NCBI GenBank assembly: GCA_011109175.1
Contig: RDEW01000124.1
Location: 1 to 56,412, forward strand
DNA: 56,412 bases
Reading direction: 5' to 3'
Source: Dicyema japonicum
Taxonomy: Eukaryota; Animalia; Dicyemida
The position numbers were made by a program, and so were the translations under genes. This document shows, piece by piece, positions 22,400 through 34,991 of the stretch. The first letter of the stretch is position 1. Each line of letters begins with the position of its first letter. Under the pieces are notes generated by a model that saw nothing but the letters and a program-made list of their open reading frames with translations, was not told where the DNA came from and made no database searches.

Positions 22400-23230
22400 C
22401 GTATTCACATTACTTCGAGGATTTTCCACTAACCTGATAATCCTACAAACCTGGAACATCGCATCTTAGAAGAGAAAAAATTCAATGCAGTAGTTAACTC
22501 GTTGCAGTTTTTGTGAGCCTTAATTAGTAGCTTTTTTAGATTATTGACGTTTGTGATCGGCATATAGAAAGGTTCTCTATCCTCATAGGATCTGGGAGTA
22601 ATAATACCTGAGCAAATTGGCAATAAGTAAAAAGATGTTTAAATAATGCTTTTCTTTTACATAAAAATGCATTGTGTACGAATTTGATACTGTCTTTCGC
22701 AGTTGTTGTCCACCACTTTTTATCCATAAATTCTGTAAACATCTTGCTACTACAAACCAGTTAAATCCTCGGAGGTTTTAACGTATTCGAATTCTACGGT
22801 TTATGCGTATGAATCAGAGACTATTATACTATTTTATATTAACATTGGCCAAGTGTTGGGTCGGAATCGAGCTCAAATATTGGAATCAACTTACTTATGA
22901 CTCATGTTTGTTGGTCATATTGTCAATGAAGTAGTCGAACAATTGGAAAGTCAACTCTGTAGTCAGGAAGCTATTCCTATATATCTTAGTCTTACTTCAT
23001 CCTGGGACAGACAACTTCCAAACAGCCAAACGAAAGAAAACACAAACTATATCTCGTAGAGTTTATTTGAACAGTCCAGGGAGTGATTTGGGATTAGCAT
23101 AATTTCCAGTAAAATGCAGAACATTTAAAGAATCAATTTGAGGTTGAACCTAGACGTGTACAATATCTGAGATTGGAGTAATCTTCTTGAATCGGGTCCT
23201 CGGAATTTCCAAAAAACTCAGGACATATTT
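22400..23230 (-). mobile_element. Very degraded Ty3/gypsy pol remnant (U1; continues past the U2 end to about 38930)
   Basis: KWWTTTAKDSIKFVHNAFLCKRK resembles the integrase Zn-finger WWPxMxKDVxxFVxxCxxC; VIKLDM*GVF at about 38880-38910 resembles RT KLDLxxAF. Confidence 0.4.
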
Positions 23231-26050
23231 AAGTTAGTTAGTTAAGAGCTCTTTCGCGTGGCCCTAATAGGGGTTCGCTTGAGCCATGTTTTGCAGCCAT
23301 TTTCCTCGCCATCCTCGCCCACGCCATCTTGTTCCTGGCCCTCATTCGAACATCATCCAGATCGTCCGCTGTCACCAATTTACGACTATTTTGTTCGTAG
23401 TCATCTTTTAAGCAGGTTGGAAGTGTGTTTCTTGGTCTGCCTCGAAATCCGCGACTTCCGGCGTAGTAGAAATATTCTTCCATTATTCTGTTACATGGCG
23501 TAGTCGGGTCCAGTCTGAGGATATGTCCAAATAGTCGCCATCTCGATAAAATAACATCGGTGCTGAGTGGTCTGGATTTACATCGTGAATATAGATTTTC
23601 ATTTGAGATTTTTCTCGGCCAAAAAATTCCAATCAACATGCGGAGTTGGTTCCTGTGAAAAGTATCTAGCTTCTCTAAATCAATTTTAGAACATGCCCAT
23701 GTTCCGGAATTGTATAGCAAAATTTGTTAAAAAAACGTGTCGTTTAGTCTGACACGAAGTTTCAGTGATACATGTTTTTTCCTTATCCAAATTTGGTACA
23801 TTTTTTTGAAGTATATGGTGCCAGCATTTTCCTTCGACAAATATCCTCAGCATCACCTAGCAGTGAGCCAAGTTTTTGGTATGTCTCCAGCACTCATCGT
23901 TCCTTGATTCTGCTCGTTCGACTCGTGTATAATCAGTTTTTTTAATGTTTATGCGTAAATCCTAATTCTTAAAAATACGTTCGGCTTGAAGTAAAATTTG
24001 GTCAAGTATTTCTTGGTCGGTAGACACAAAGTCTACATCATCCGCATAAATTAACTCTGTTATGTCCCGGTATTTAGGACCTATGACATTTCTCAATTCC
24101 TTGAGCGCAGCTTCGAGGTAAACAATAAATATAATTGGGGACAAGGAATCTCCTTGTGGAGTGCCCATGTTGGTACTGAAACTCTTCGAATGCTTTGTTC
24201 CTATTCTCACGGATAGGTCAGTTTCAGAAAGTAATAAACTTATTAGTCTCAGGCAGTCCTCGTCAAGCAGTTCCTTTAGAACAATCATGAGTTTTTCTCT
24301 ATTGATGCTGTCAAAAGCCTTCGTTAGATCAATTCCTAGGATGTAGATTACTTTCGTGTATTTTTGACATATTGATGTGAGCCATCGATGACTCCACACA
24401 ATATCTGAGTTGATCTTCCACTTCTAACCCACTTTGACTTAGGGAAAGGTATTTTTCCACTGGCTCTCGTATACGGTTAAGCACTATGATCGATAAGGTT
24501 TTCCTGATAACTGACAATAGAATAATAGGTCTTAGTCCGTCCAACGACCCTTCTTTTTTCCCAGGTTTATGTATTGGAATTAAGACTCCATGTCCCAAAG
24601 GAAGTGGACAGTGAAGTTCCATCGACTCATTTAAGATATTCGTGATTATATTCCCAACAGTAACCGGGGCATGTTTTAGTAACTCACCCGGAATGCCATC
24701 ATAACCAGCCGACCGATTTCCCTTTAGATGCATAAATGCATCGGTTACTTCCTTTATTGTAATTTTGTTTGTAAGGGGTCTCGGATATCCAATAAATTTA
24801 GGTACATTCATCCCTTCAGATTTAAACAACGACTCGAAGTGTCTAGCAATATAATTTGCTTTATCCTCAGGGTTTTGAAGATATTGACCTTCGTCGTCAC
24901 AGACTTTCAGTGGTTTCTTTGCAGTTCCTCGTGTAAGTAGTCTAACAGCAGAGAACATTCGTCTTCCATACTGACAGTTTTCGATTTCAGTTGCTTTATC
25001 GTCCAAATATTTGTGCCAAAGGATATTTGATCGTCTTCTTATCAGATGCGATATTTGATTGCGTTTTCTCCTTAATGCACATTTATTCGAATTTGAACTT
25101 CCCAGTTTCGAACGTATTTCTTTCTGCTGCTCAGACAATTCTCGAATTAAGGGGTCATGAATCATTCGTCTATTTTGGTCTTTTTCCTGGTATCCAACAG
25201 TCTCTATCGCCGACAGTTTTAGAATATCCAAGATCTTCCCGAGTCAGTCGAGGGGGTGCCACTGGGTTCAACTCCACGTAAACGTTTAGAGACATTTTGT
25301 TGTATCTCTTTTGCCAAGTGTCAAAAGTCAACATTTCCACAGCCAAACGTTTATTTAGAGGTGTGCTTTTCCTCTTGACTGCCTCAATTCCGTAGTATCG
25401 TTTGAGATTTAATCTGGCCACCGTTAGCTTATGGTCACCGTCAGTAGTGGTTCCTCCATAACTCCTAGAGTCAGACAGAAGTCTCTTCAAGGAGATAGGG
25501 CAGATAGTGTAGTCTATTTGGTTGAATATGCACGTATGTTCGTCTTTGGATCTTCTGGTGCCGACCCAAGTAGTTTTATGCTTTGCAGGGTGTTCAAAAG
25601 TGGTGTTGCAAAGGTACAAATCTGATGAATTACAAAAATCAACAAGTGATTGTCCAAAGAGATTTCGATCCCCTGCCATGTTTTCCCATACAGACTTCGT
25701 TATGTCTTCTCAAGCCAGCTTTAGCATTCCAATCACCACAGATAAATATAAGTGCAGATCGATGAACTCGCATATATGTATTCGATAGGATTTGATAAAA
25801 CTCTTCCAACTCATCCATATTTTTGGAAACTCTGTCCATGTGTGGGGCATATACATTGATAACAGTCATCATAGTATTGTTGTAGATGATAAACACAATT
25901 GCATAACGGCAACACGATCACTGACTGTCCATACTTTATGCAAGCAGTTCACTAGGTTCGAGTTAATTGCAAAACCAAGACCGTAATGTCGATTTTCTGA
26001 TGGGAGTAGAAGAATCCGGTAGTTACCAAATTGGTTTCATCGGATCCTAA
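23231..26050 (-). mobile_element. Nearly full-length, 5'-truncated RTE-clade non-LTR retrotransposon (APE endonuclease + RT), frameshifted
   Basis: GLGFAI, INVYAP, GDWNAK, NQIDY, GDHKL; RPIILLS, DLTKAFD, TPQGDSLSP, YADD; LYNSGTW, RWRLFGH, RGRPR; (TAAC)n tail at 23231-23244. Confidence 0.95.
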
Positions 26051-26266
26051 TAATTTAATGGTAATAATTTTATGGTAAAATTATTAAACAAATCGGAAAA
26101 CCATGTTAATTGTGTAAATTTAATTAAATTATTTTTTAATTTTATTTATTTAATCTAACATTTTATTTAATAAAATTAAAATTAATTATGACGACTGTAA
26201 TCATGTAATAATTTTAATTTCTTGTGGTTACTAGTATATTCATCATTTCGGTATTTAATCTTATAG

Positions 26267-27049
26267 ATGTTCAGTTTCATCATCTTTTACCTTCCATTTG
26301 GCATTTTGACACAGAAAAATTGTCAAGAAATAAATCAGGTGCGATCTCTGTATTATATATTAATTATTAAGATATTTGATTAATTGTACATTTTCTGGCC
26401 TACAAGTTGATTCTAAAGTAATATTTTACTAATCAATACATCACATTTGAACATGGTTTCAATTTTTCTATTATGCATCGAAAGTGGAGGATTTGTATTA
26501 AATATTACTTATTATAGTTACTGTTGGAAGAAAGTTTAAAATATGTAATCAATAATACTTTTCCATCTACTATTTATACTTGTTATATATATTATTAAAT
26601 TAATAGGTATTTGCGACGATGCAATTCCCTCATATACATCGCAATTGATTTTGCTATACATTTAACATCTCTTACGAAATGTAAATTTTTTTAATTAATG
26701 TAGTTCTTTCCACAGAGAATAGAGGTTATTCAAGAATTTAGAACTAGTTTTTGGTTTATTAATTGAGTATTTTTAATAATAATGTAGTGTCATTGTGTGC
26801 AGGGATTCATTCGGTGATGCAGAGGCGTATGATATTATATTTATCATAGGTACACATCACGTCTACCTCATCAATACATGTTTCTCAAAAATAATAATAT
26901 GTATATGTTCGAAAGTAATATATTTAGACGAAACAGCAAGCAGACAAGTAAAACATGTAATTAATAATGTTATTTCAGACTGCAGTGCCATTGCGAACAA
27001 GTACAATGTAATGGGCTTTTGCGGAGTTACTAACATTTTACTAACTTAA
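26267..27049 (+). pseudogene. Secreted LRR gene copy 2 (frameshifted as assembled)
   Basis: Introns at 26350-26371, 26495-26517 and 26582-26606; last two exons in frame (YTSRLPHQYMFLKNNNMYMFESNIFRRNSKQTSKTYCSAIANKYNVMGFCGVTNILLT*); small deletions and a TAA upstream. Confidence 0.75.
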
Positions 27050-27725
27050 TCGGTTCTTTTTCGGAAATAAAAATTGGTGTTAATTAATTCAAATTTATTA
27101 TGATTTAAATAATTTCCTGGTTGGCCAACTGAATCACACATCTCTACTCTTGACTCGGAAAGAATAATTTTATTTAAAAAAACGATGAGGAAATGAATCG
27201 AAGATGGTGGGTTGTAAAGAACGGATAGGTTTCCTTAGATTTATGAATGACGTGAGCATTATCCCAATTAATTTATTTAGTTTTGATCTCTGTCCATATA
27301 ATTGGAACTTAATTCTTTCTCAAGATATTCAAGGAATTCAATTATATGAACACAATTGTTTTTGAGAGAGTCAAGCGTCCAAATTTCTTAAGAATATTCC
27401 TTGTCGGAGTATTTAAATGTATTGCTATAACTTCTTTTGTTATCCGGTGTCAAACTCCACGGATCAACACCCTGAAACAAAATCACACAATAAATGACAA
27501 AGGACTTTTGGATTACGAATTCTGAGGCAGTCGCGGTAGAAAATATACCTTCCCCTACAGAAACTGCTCAAGCCTTCCATAAAACGTCCACGGAATTTAT
27601 CCCGTCAATTTATACACTTCGATTTCTTTATTTCATCTCATTGACCACCAAGATGTCGGTCTTGGAGGCACTAGAAAGTAATACTAGGGATCAAGCATTT
27701 ACTAGCACTATTTTTAATCTTTGTT

Positions 27726-28380
27726 TCAACATTTTGGTGACCTTTTGAAGTAATTTTGTATTAATTTTTCCAGCCATAGCTTGATGTTCGGATGTAAGTT
27801 GGAATTAAAAATCTTTTGAGTTAGGAGTTTCCTCGTAACAGAATCAAAGGTCTTCTGTATGTCGATAGATACTAGGGCCGTCCGTAAATGTGTTCTCACG
27901 TTGAAGCCGTCAGTAGTAAACTGAGAGATGGAACCCAAATGAGTCGTTGTAGAACGGTCTGTTCTGAAGCCATGTCTAAATTGTGGTAGATGTAGATCAG
28001 GAGAAATGCACATTAATACAAGCTTTTCCAGCACTTTTGATAAAACACAAGTAATTGAGACGGGGCGGTAAGAAGAGGGAACGTCTTTTGGTTTTCAAGG
28101 CTTAAGAATTGGCGTAATCAGGAAATTTTTCCATATATTAAATAGTGTATGGTAGTTGATTGATTCGTTGTACAGTCTTGATAGATGATCCGTGCCTGAG
28201 GTCCAAGGTGTTTGAGGTGAATAATGCAAACACGTCGGGACCACAAGCACGACTGGGACGTAGCAATTTAATAGCTTTGTCAAATATCTAGAAAATGAGA
28301 AGAATCTATGGAGAATGAGACCGTCCCCGTGTTTACCAGTTCTGTTGGAACTTTGAGGACCCGAACGAGAGCCAAAACAC
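27726..28380 (-). mobile_element. Jockey/I-like LINE RT remnant (U2)
   Basis: HGFRTDRSTTTHL...SIDIQKTFDSV; counterpart of 14480-15140. Confidence 0.85.
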
Positions 28381-31047
28381 GGAAAACCGGGATATTTAGT
28401 TAGTAGTTAACTTTTAACTATTTCTAATCTGGTGATCTTGTAGGTAAAAAAAGAGAATTCTTGGAAACAATGTCTGATAAACTTTCATAGAAAACTGAAA
28501 ATTTATCTTTTAACCTCCAATTCATCATGTTGTAATGAATATGATCTACAATCTAATCGGAGTAGTGAAATTAGGTCAGCTGTTAAAGTGATATACCTGT
28601 ACTTTTCTATAACTAAGTATTTTAGCAACTGTTAATAAGTCATTCTGTAACATCAGAAATAGAATTGAGCTCACATTTGTCTTTTTTTATTTGGATATTA
28701 TGATTAACTCTTATTCTGAACTAAACATATCTATGTCACTATCAGAAGACATGAACATTTGTAAGGACGTATCAATTAAAGACTACGCAAATCAGAAATC
28801 GCAATTAATAGAGGAGAGAGTTACTTGCAATTCTGATACCATTGATGTCCTAGAAAACAAAATCCAGGTCATCCGCATATATTATTCTTAGATTGAAGTG
28901 GAAAAATTTTAGCTTCCAAAAACTTATAGAATCCGATAGAAATTATCTGCAGACATAAAAGAAGATACTTCTGGTGTGCAGTTAGATCGCTGGGAGAATT
29001 CGAAGAGTATTCAAGACATGTTGGAGGCTGGGATCACCAAATTATTGAGTTAATACTTTTTTGGTAGTCTATGGTTTTAAACAAATAATTAAGTAACCTA
29101 GTTGCTCCAAAGGATACTAACCTGATCTTTCTTGGATCTTGACCTGAAGAACATAATCGTATACGGGGATTTCAATGACAGGAATCCTGTTGGTCCACTA
29201 ATGGTAAATTGTATAAACGAGGGGAGTGTGTCTCGTTATAAATTTAAACCCTCGTCATTTTAAATAACCCTCTCCAACAAGTATGCACAGTTTTGAGACA
29301 AAACGAATCTAAACCACTCCCAGATATCTCCATTTGCTCTCCGAGCATCTTTCTCTAGATTTCCAGTCGGTGGTGTATAACCTTAATTCAGACCTCAACC
29401 TAATATTATGGTAGGTCGAAGATTCAATCAAAGTTGATTCGGAAAAAAGACTTTCATTAATTACAAACGCTAATTGTGATTAAAATTCAAACAAGAATTT
29501 AAATGATGCTTTTCATACTTTTCAGTCAAATATTTACGCTCGGCTGATTCTCTGAAGAAGACGAAACTCTTGGATTACAGAAACGCTAATTGGAAATAAT
29601 ATGTATCACATTCACGATAATGCAATTTCCTATGTTACCAGGAAATGATAATCACCATAAATAGTTCAGAGAGTGCCTAACACTATTCCATACTCGTACT
29701 GAAACAACAATTTATGGTATACAGCCAGGTGACACAACGCGGGTTACTTACACACAGTAAAACTCAACTGCACCACTTACACAGAAGCATTAAACGCAAT
29801 GTATTTCTCTGTTTTTAGCTCACCAACCTAGGAATTCCTTGTAATTGGAGGTTATTAACCTGCAATGATTATCTCGTTTTTTAATTCCGCGAGTGAAATT
29901 TTGACAGAGTCTGAGATCTCTAGTCTTCCATAACAATAAGCTTAAACGCCTAGCTAGACATTCGAAGTGACTTATCTCTTAGTTACGTCACGAAAATAAC
30001 AGGTGGGCTTGTTCATATGACTTTGATGTTGTTCATGTGGTTTCTTTCGGTAGAATCATGACAAGTGGTACGGATCATTTACATGGGCTAATGATACATG
30101 TGCAAATATACCCAATAAGTTTACCTCTGATATTAAAAATAGTTGATGATTTTTTTTCTACCATGTTCCACTGCGTGTTCATTCAAAATAGTTTATTTTA
30201 GGATGGCCTTCAACCTTCCACAGTCGTACTTGCGAAAATAACTTTAACTAAATTTCATCCAAAATCATATTTGTTTAAACTAAAGAAAATGATTCGGCCA
30301 CGTGAGAAAGAGCAAATGATCTTTTTTAATTGTCATCCTTAAACTGCGTGACTCCTTAAGACAGATGAAGCCAGGATAAATCAACGACGAAACGGACAAA
30401 GTATTGTAAAAGAATTTTCGGCAAACTAAGAAACTGGGATTTTCAAAAATAAAAATAACAACACCGAGACACGATTACACAAACTAACTAATCACGTGAT
30501 CCAAGTATACACTAGCAGAAAACACGTATCGGCCAAAAAACTGGATATTTGTAGTCACGACAGCACGTTCCATAGTTTATGCGTATCATGTCACCAAGAG
30601 GATTTGGTGGCTGAAATAATCCAGAAATACATCGTTCCATGATTTTGGAGGCTCTTTTTCGGCTAGCCTCGATCGTCATGGGAAATGTCGCAATATGTAA
30701 AATAATAAATAAAATAAAGATCAGGAAATCTAAAAAAAACTATAATAAATTTTTAAAATTAAAGATTGAATAACATTTTAAAAATGTTAGCGCCGTCATC
30801 TGGTTCACCATTTCTGGTGGCGCAAGATATAATCCTAAAATATATTAAAAAAGGACCATTAGTCAACAACCATCCCGAGGAGTTCCCCCCCGACAGGACT
30901 TCCTTAAAGTCCGAGCATGATTGTTGAAGGAGGCTGAGAGCAGATGCATTTTTTTCTATAACGGTGTTTTGCTCGTTCAAAAAATATAATTTAAAAGTTA
31001 ACAAGCTATTTATTGAATTGATGTAATGCATTTATTTTAAATAGTAG

Positions 31048-32400
31048 ATGGAATAAAAGCAGAATGCAACAACGATTAACGGGATATAAGTGCAGTACCC
31101 TTACATTCCGTATCACCCATAGATAACCTACAAATCCTCAGTTATTCAATGCATGATGAAATGTATGTCTTGTTTATTATGGCAGAATACAAACGGACTT
31201 TTAGAATGCCAGAGAGGAAACGGGAAAACTTTAACGCTGCCTTCCGCGACATTTCGCGGCATTACCACGTTAAAACTCAACCAGAATATTTGGAACCAGG
31301 GGACGGCAATTTTGCAAAAATAAAATACACCTCTCTCACACATTCTCAACTTGTCACGTGGCAGTTGAACTCAAGAGACAATATTGGCTGATTGTATATT
31401 TGATGGAATATAGTAGAGTGAATACGTGTTGTTGCCTTGAGAGACCAAATATGCATTCATCCTTGCCGACAACGCGTCGGTCAACATTTACTGACTCAAA
31501 GTGCACGTGCACGTACTTCAACTAGTCGAAGGTACATTTTTTGTCAAAATATTTTATTTATTTTTTTCAAATATCAGTTATTTTTAAAATTATCATTGTT
31601 GAGATATTTTTTTTTAATTTTATTTAAATTAATCGTTTTAATCATTTCTTATTTTGCAAAAGTAAAATACGAGGATCTGGCTGAATGAACATAATCGATA
31701 TCATACAGAAGGGAACTGAACTGACGTATTTAAATTTAGTAATACATAGATGCTGCCATATTACCTAGCTAAAAATGAAGGAAAGTGCCCACATAATTTT
31801 TTATTCTTATAACTTCTAATAGACTCACGTGTTTTATGATCTGCTAATGTCTAGTTGAGATCGAAACGTGGCGTTGAAATCAAAGGAAATGTCCTAATAT
31901 TTTAAGAAGTTTATAATTTGGTTGTTTTATAAAAAGAGTGTTTGTAAGAAAATTCAGTCGTTTAACTTTCCTTCATTAATTTTTGCTGTGGTTATTATTG
32001 AGTAGACTACATTTATGGAATTCTAGAGCGAATACAGGTAGAGAATGTAAACTCTGAGTTGTTGATTACCGATTGGGTATGGGATATATTACTACTTAGC
32101 CATACTGCGAGTGAAATGATGCGGTTAAATTAGAAGATATTTAATGGACATTTTTTCTAGTGTTATTTTCACGGGTCAATTGTTCAGTTTATAATATCTT
32201 TAATTGACGAAAAGCGACCTCGATTCGGAGAAACCCTCACCTTGGTTTTTGGAACACCCTCAATTTTTGAACACTTGGTAGGATCGGTATAGAAGTGGAA
32301 AAGACTCTATTAGGTAAAACCTCGATTTGAACAAATTTAACATAAAAAATCCTTTCTCCTGTGGGACATCCGGGTAAACCTGACTCGTCTAATATTTGGT
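31048..32400 (+). pseudogene. RTEL1: RTEL1-like fragment (U2)
   Basis: Introns at 31163-31185 and 31726-31749; same inactivating stops as the U1 copy. Confidence 0.88.
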
Positions 32401-34991
32401 GACCACCTCTCTTTACCAACACGTACGTAAACTGGATAATGTTAAAGATCCTCTGTTTTTTTTGCAACTTTTCCTAGTTGATAGAAAACCACATTTTTGA
32501 ATGTTTTGAATTATTAACTGTTCGTCTAAAATACCAAGACTGACCGATCTATGAGAGCGACCGTCATTCCTGCATTCTATTTAATAGCCGCTGGCCTTTT
32601 ACAAGTTAATTAGGATGAGGTTACTTAACTAACTATACAAAAATAAATGACATTTATCCACTCTGAGATATTTGACTGAGTTGGATCTATTGAACAATTG
32701 TATTTTAGACACTACATGAGTTAATGAGATATTAACATGCGATCCTCCTCATTAAAATTATCCGCAATCGAGGACACTGCAATAAAGTTTATTGGACCAG
32801 ACACAAAATCTAGCCATTTAAAATTTCTTAATCGAATTACAACGGAGACTCTTAAATGCGGATAGTTTACCGACTTGCCCTCTATTCCATACACTATCGA
32901 AATATTTACAATCATACATATATTTTTGAGCCGATGTCATGTCCAACTTGAAGAGCTGTTCAGGATTCTCGACCCCGCCGGACTCGTCCTTTCCTTTGTC
33001 GGTCTGTAATCACTTAGTTAGATGAAAAATTTTATTTCTTTCTCTTTGACCCTGTGATCCTAAAAGCAAAATGATAATAATTACCTGTGAAAATTGAATC
33101 TTTCTTCCCAAACGAGGTGTAGAAATATTTTGTGGGTTTTGAAAGAAATTGCGTAAACTAGACATATTTTGATTAAGCTTAAATTTGCAATGAAATAACA
33201 AACTCACCAAATTTCTGGGGTGAGAAATTTTGTTCAGTTAATAGTAACCCAAATTCGATCTCTAATATTTTGCGACTTAAATTTGGGGGTAAAATATAAT
33301 TTCCAATCCAAAAATCCTCTTTTTTTCGAGCTAGTGAACATCGAATTCAGCTTCTCCACTACTCGACCTCACTCACACAATTAATTCTACGTGAATGTCC
33401 TAATAATGTTAGCACTGTCTCAGAATTTAATATAAGTCTAGGAACTCATTTACACGTGGTGCCACTAAGGTCGTCAAGATTTTCATTTAAGACTAGTTTT
33501 TCAGTCAGTCAAGCATGCAGGAGAGTATTCTGGCCTTCAAAATCGGGTTTTTAGCAATTCCCTGACATCTTGAATTACTGGTTTTACAAAATGAACATTT
33601 AGAATACTTAAACAGTAGATCTGGCAAACAAAACTAATTTTGATCGTTCTTGCAGTACATAAAACCAACTTTCAGTTAATGAGGCAAAAATTCGACGTCC
33701 CCTTATAGTCCGGAATCACTTAGAACAATCTCTTCATTTGGTCGGCAATTACAATACTTAACTCACAAGGATGATCCTGTGACTAATCTTCTACCCTTCA
33801 ATATTTGAGGCGGGAAGGTTTTCGTATTTTTTCTCGAAATATTCCGTAGTGTGATATCTGCTGGTGTTCTAGAATCTTTTCTTAAATTGTTACCAAACAG
33901 TTTCCTACACGCCTCTGTGATTATACCTATGACTAGGGCCAGTTTTGTCAATAAAATCAAAAATTAAATGTTCTTTAAAATTTTTTAAACTTATAAAAAA
34001 TTTATTAATTTTATTGATTTTTATTTGTTAAATAAAATAATAGCGTTGATCAATTATCATTATATCTACTGTGGTATGATATCCACTGTTGAGGTATAAC
34101 TTGCATTTATTATACGGCTGAAAAAGTTTTTGTTTTTTTAGACGAAACCATTATCGGGAGCAGAAATACACAGTGTTCGAGTGCGTGTTGGAAAATGTAT
34201 GTCGCGAGAATTCGTGACGACAGTGGCCACACATCGAGAAGACACCCTCCCTCCAGTATTGTTCGCTGTATACCTTGAATCGATTCTACGAGATCTGAAA
34301 TATTACAGGGACTATATTATGGAAATTCTCTATGCCGATGATGTTGAATTTATCTCGAGTACAAAGATGCAATCATACTTCAACTGGAGGTAGCACCCTC
34401 GCGCCTGGCTAAATGGTGTGTATTTATGAGCGCTTCGAAGACAGATGTCGTCAAGTACAAGGGGATGGAACCAGCAGTACCAAAAAACAGGAGGAAGACC
34501 ATAAAACTGTTTTGCTTCTTGGGGACTCTAAAGTCAATGCCAGAAGGAATTTGTTATCTACGGTGACCATGCAAAAGCTTTTCGAAAGGATAGATTTAAA
34601 GGCGTCCGACTCAGATTGTATGAGGCTACCATGAAACTAACTCTGGAACATGGGGAATCTCGAAAACCGTGGATAAAAATTCGACTACTTACAGATGAGT
34701 AAACTTCGTTATCTTGGGATTGAAATTGCTAGTAAGGGGTGATGTATGGTACAAAAGATGCTCCTCCGGAGCTCTGCTTATTTTTTAATAATTTGTATTA
34801 ATGCCATGACTAATTTTATGAATGTGTACAACTGAGATAAATAACTTTTTTATATGCAAACTATATTTCTAAACTAAGATAAAAACTATTTTTTAATATG
34901 CAAACTATATTTCTAAACAGTATTTTTTTGTTCAGTTCCGTACCAATTGGTATATGGCCCACCGGTTTGGGACAACTTGTTTACACTAATA

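Larger units (their letters stand above)
12816..23230. repeat. Array unit U1 (10.4 kb)
   Basis: Colinear with 26066-38812 (offset about 13200-13250 until the hAT insertion); ends at ...caggacatattt. Confidence 0.95.

Noticed and set aside
31149-31391. 80-aa ORF MHDEMYVLF... as an independent gene
   Set aside because: It is an off-frame reading of the RTEL1 pseudogene running through its 23-nt intron.
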